Virus record (IMG/VR): IMGVR_UViG_3300027907_000008 | Strand: one strand, 5' to 3' | DNA length: 41,332 nucleotides | From: a virus | Shown here: positions 39,479 to 41,332 of the stretch, one piece after another | Layout of the letters: each line of letters opens with the position of its first letter | Position numbering within the stretch: the stretch's first letter is position 1 | Notes under the pieces: generated by a model | Seen by the model: only the letters and a program-made list of their open reading frames with translations | Told to the model about the DNA's origin: nothing | The model's database searches: none | Made by a program: the position numbers and the translations under genes

Positions 39479-40294
39479 ATGACGACGACGACATTGACGA
39501 AGACGAAGACGACGACACTGCAGCGCGACGACGCGTGCGTGTCGTGCGGTCGTCGTCTCAAGACATTCAAGCACGCATGGGTCAGCGCGACGAGCAAGTA
39601 CTGCACGAAGGCGTGCGCGACGACGCATCAGGAGCAGCACCCCATGACGACAACAACGACGACGAGCGACGACACGAAGACGCAGCAGCGCGCGACGTGT
39701 TCAGCGTGCTTCGCGGAGCAGGCCATCACGAAGCGCGGCGCGCTCGTCGCGCACGGTTACACGCGTCCGCAGCAGTGGCATCAGAACGTCGGCACGTGCG
39801 ACGGCGCAGGGCAGATGCACTTCGGCACGACGCAGGGTCGTGACTACACGCAGACGCTTGCGCAGCGCGTGCGTGACGCGGCGCAGGGAGTCGACGTTAA
39901 CGCGGCAGACGTGCTCGCGGGTCGCGCCCCGGTGATGGGTCGCAAGCGCATCGCGGGATCGCGCGTCTACACGATGACGGCGATCGAGAACGTGACGCAG
40001 TCGCAGCGTCAGCAGTACGCAGCGACGCTGACGCAGCAGGCGCAGCAGATGCGCGAGCACGCGCGCGAGCTCGACGCAGCAGTCGCGAAGTGGGTCGCGG
40101 TCGCGCCGAAGACGGTGCGCGTCGAAGCGAAGCAGACGCTGCTGCACATGCGCGACGCGGGTCGACGCTTCGGCGGCAAGCTGTGCGCGTCGTCAGCAAT
40201 GGGAGCGCTGAAGGGCTACACGACGAGCGACGTCGCAAGCGTGACGTGCGAGAAGTGCAAAGCGCTCATCGCGCGACGTCAGTCAACGAAGTAA
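39479..40294 (+). CDS. Hypothetical protein (271 aa); possible internal start at ATG 39644
   Basis: An N-terminal zinc-ribbon-like segment (CVSCGRR...YCTKAC) is followed by a second MTTTTTT.. start context in the same frame. Confidence 0.65.
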   Translation: MTTTTLTKTKTTTLQRDDACVSCGRRLKTFKHAWVSATSKYCTKACATTHQEQHPMTTTTTTSDDTKTQQRATCSACFAEQAITKRGALVAHGYTRPQQWHQNVGTCDGAGQMHFGTTQGRDYTQTLAQRVRDAAQGVDVNAADVLAGRAPVMGRKRIAGSRVYTMTAIENVTQSQRQQYAATLTQQAQQMREHARELDAAVAKWVAVAPKTVRVEAKQTLLHMRDAGRRFGGKLCASSAMGALKGYTTSDVASVTCEKCKALIARRQSTK

Positions 40295-40321
40295 CGCAAC
40301 GAACGACGAGGAACAACGAAC

Positions 40322-40948
40322 ATGAAGATCAACAGACAGCTTCGCAAGGACATCAATGCAGCGGTGCGCGCACACGTGCGCTCCGCTGCGCCGCTCGCAG
40401 AGGTCGGCTATCGCGACGTCACGACTGACGGTCGCACGCAGAGCAACAACGCGCTCAAGTGGCACGAGGACGCGGACCTCAACGACATGCGTCGACTCGC
40501 TGACGTGCGCGAGCTCGACGACGACGCGCTCAACCCCGGATGCTTCGAGCTCGACTTGTATGTGACGACGGGAGTCGGCCTCTATCGCGAGCTCGAAACG
40601 AACGTCTGCGTCCTGATTCGTGACGGCAAAGTCGTCGGCGCAACGTCGAAGGGACTGCGCGTCGAATCCATTAAGCGCGCGCTCGCGTTTCCGCTCGGCG
40701 GCTTCGACGATTCATTCTGGGGCGAGCGCGACACGCTCAAGCAGCGCGTCGATGAGATGCGCAGCAATCCCGAACGCGCGCAGACGCTGCGCACGACCGC
40801 GCAGCGTCGACACGAGCTCGACGACACGACGACGTCGCGTCTCGATGACGACGGCGAGCGGTGGTGTCGCGATTGTCACGACTCATACAACGTCGCGAGC
40901 GGCTGCGAGTGTGGCCGCAAGGACGACGACGCGCAGCAACAGCAGTGA
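40322..40948 (+). CDS. Hypothetical protein (208 aa), C-terminal CRDC..CECG motif
   Basis: ATG ORF with normal composition. Confidence 0.7.
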   Translation: MKINRQLRKDINAAVRAHVRSAAPLAEVGYRDVTTDGRTQSNNALKWHEDADLNDMRRLADVRELDDDALNPGCFELDLYVTTGVGLYRELETNVCVLIRDGKVVGATSKGLRVESIKRALAFPLGGFDDSFWGERDTLKQRVDEMRSNPERAQTLRTTAQRRHELDDTTTSRLDDDGERWCRDCHDSYNVASGCECGRKDDDAQQQQ

Positions 40949-40978
40949 ACGACAGCAACTCGAAAGGACAACGAACAC

Positions 40979-41203
40979 ATGAAACGAAACCCAGTCACTG
41001 GTCGGATCATTCCGAAGCCGACAGCCTATCTACTGCACGACCTCGACCCCGCGATCTGGGATCGCTTCAAACAGCGCGCAGACGCGAGCGGGCTGCCCAT
41101 GCGCACGGTCATGCTGGAGCTCGTCGCCGCGTATGCGAACGGCGCCATCGAGGTCGAGCAGCAGCTGGTCGTGCGTCCGTCGCGCAAGGCGGGTGCGCGA
41201 TGA
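40979..41203 (+). CDS. Ribbon-helix-helix (Arc/CopG-like) protein (74 aa)
   Basis: RBS gaaaggacaacgaacacATG. AYLLHDLDPAIWDRFKQRADASGLPMRTVMLELVAAYANG is present. Confidence 0.65.
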   Translation: MKRNPVTGRIIPKPTAYLLHDLDPAIWDRFKQRADASGLPMRTVMLELVAAYANGAIEVEQQLVVRPSRKAGAR

Positions 41204-41332
41204 CGACGACACTCGTGCGCATTCCGCGTCGCTTCTATGACGACCACGACGGACGTGCGCTGCCGTCGCCCGTCGTCGTCAAGGCGACTGCGCGACACTA
41301 CTGGATCGATCGCTGCGACGCACACGTGCAGG
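41200..41332 (+). CDS. 5-prime portion of the junction-spanning hypothetical gene (continues as 1-240)
   Basis: ATGA coupling with 40979-41203. From 41206 onward the sequence is the terminal repeat. Confidence 0.6.
   Translation, partial: MTTTLVRIPRRFYDDHDGRALPSPVVVKATARHYWIDRCDAHVQ
41206..41332. repeat. Terminal direct repeat, right copy (identical to 1-127)
   Basis: Exact match to bases 1-127. Confidence 0.95.

Larger units (their letters stand above)
1..41332. mobile_element. Complete temperate tailed-phage genome (siphovirus-like, HK97-type head) or excised prophage, circularly closed contig
   Basis: The window holds integrase, a CI-like repressor, recombination and replication genes, TerS/TerL, portal, protease, capsid, tail, tape measure and fibre. 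The ends overlap by 127 identical bases. Confidence 0.85.

Overview
GC-rich (roughly two-thirds G+C by eye, not computed) 41.3-kb contig. Its first 127 bases recur exactly as its last 127 bases, so it is a circularly closed (or terminally redundant) element of about 41,205 unique bp. The gene content is a complete temperate siphovirus-like phage with an HK97-type head. Reading around the circle, the modules are:
- Early genes: 39184 -> junction -> 1561.
- Immunity switch: CI-like XRE repressor 1953-2474 (-), divergent from an HTH_17/Cro-Xis-like gene at 2609.
- Recombination module: annealing protein plus PD-(D/E)XK exonuclease, 2938-4418.
- Replication module: an ori-like iteron cluster sits inside the initiator gene (5957-7365).
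- Small early genes and nucleases: two HNH, one Vsr/DUF559-like.
- Cassette immediately upstream of the terminase: ParB-like protein, cytosine-5 DNA methyltransferase and a CmoA-like protein (13440-15717).
- Morphogenesis: TerS/TerL, portal, S49 protease, HK97-fold capsid, connectors, tail, G/GT chaperone with an A9 slippery run, tape measure, and a 1216-aa repeat-rich tail fibre (15714-33960).
- Minus-strand operon of eight unknown genes (34258-36726).
- attP-like repeat field, tyrosine integrase (37170-38318), and a terminator-flanked moron.

No rRNA, tRNA or CRISPR array was seen. The most unusual item is the CmoA-like carboxy-SAM synthase homologue, which is translationally coupled to a C5-MTase whose motif X carries Arg in place of the canonical Asn. 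This suggests a natural DNA carboxymethylation (hypermodification) system. Also notable: no recognisable endolysin or holin cassette, many near-leaderless transcription units with extended -10 elements, and an uncharacterised Cys-rich operon next to attP.

All functional calls come from motif recognition by eye. No database search was run.
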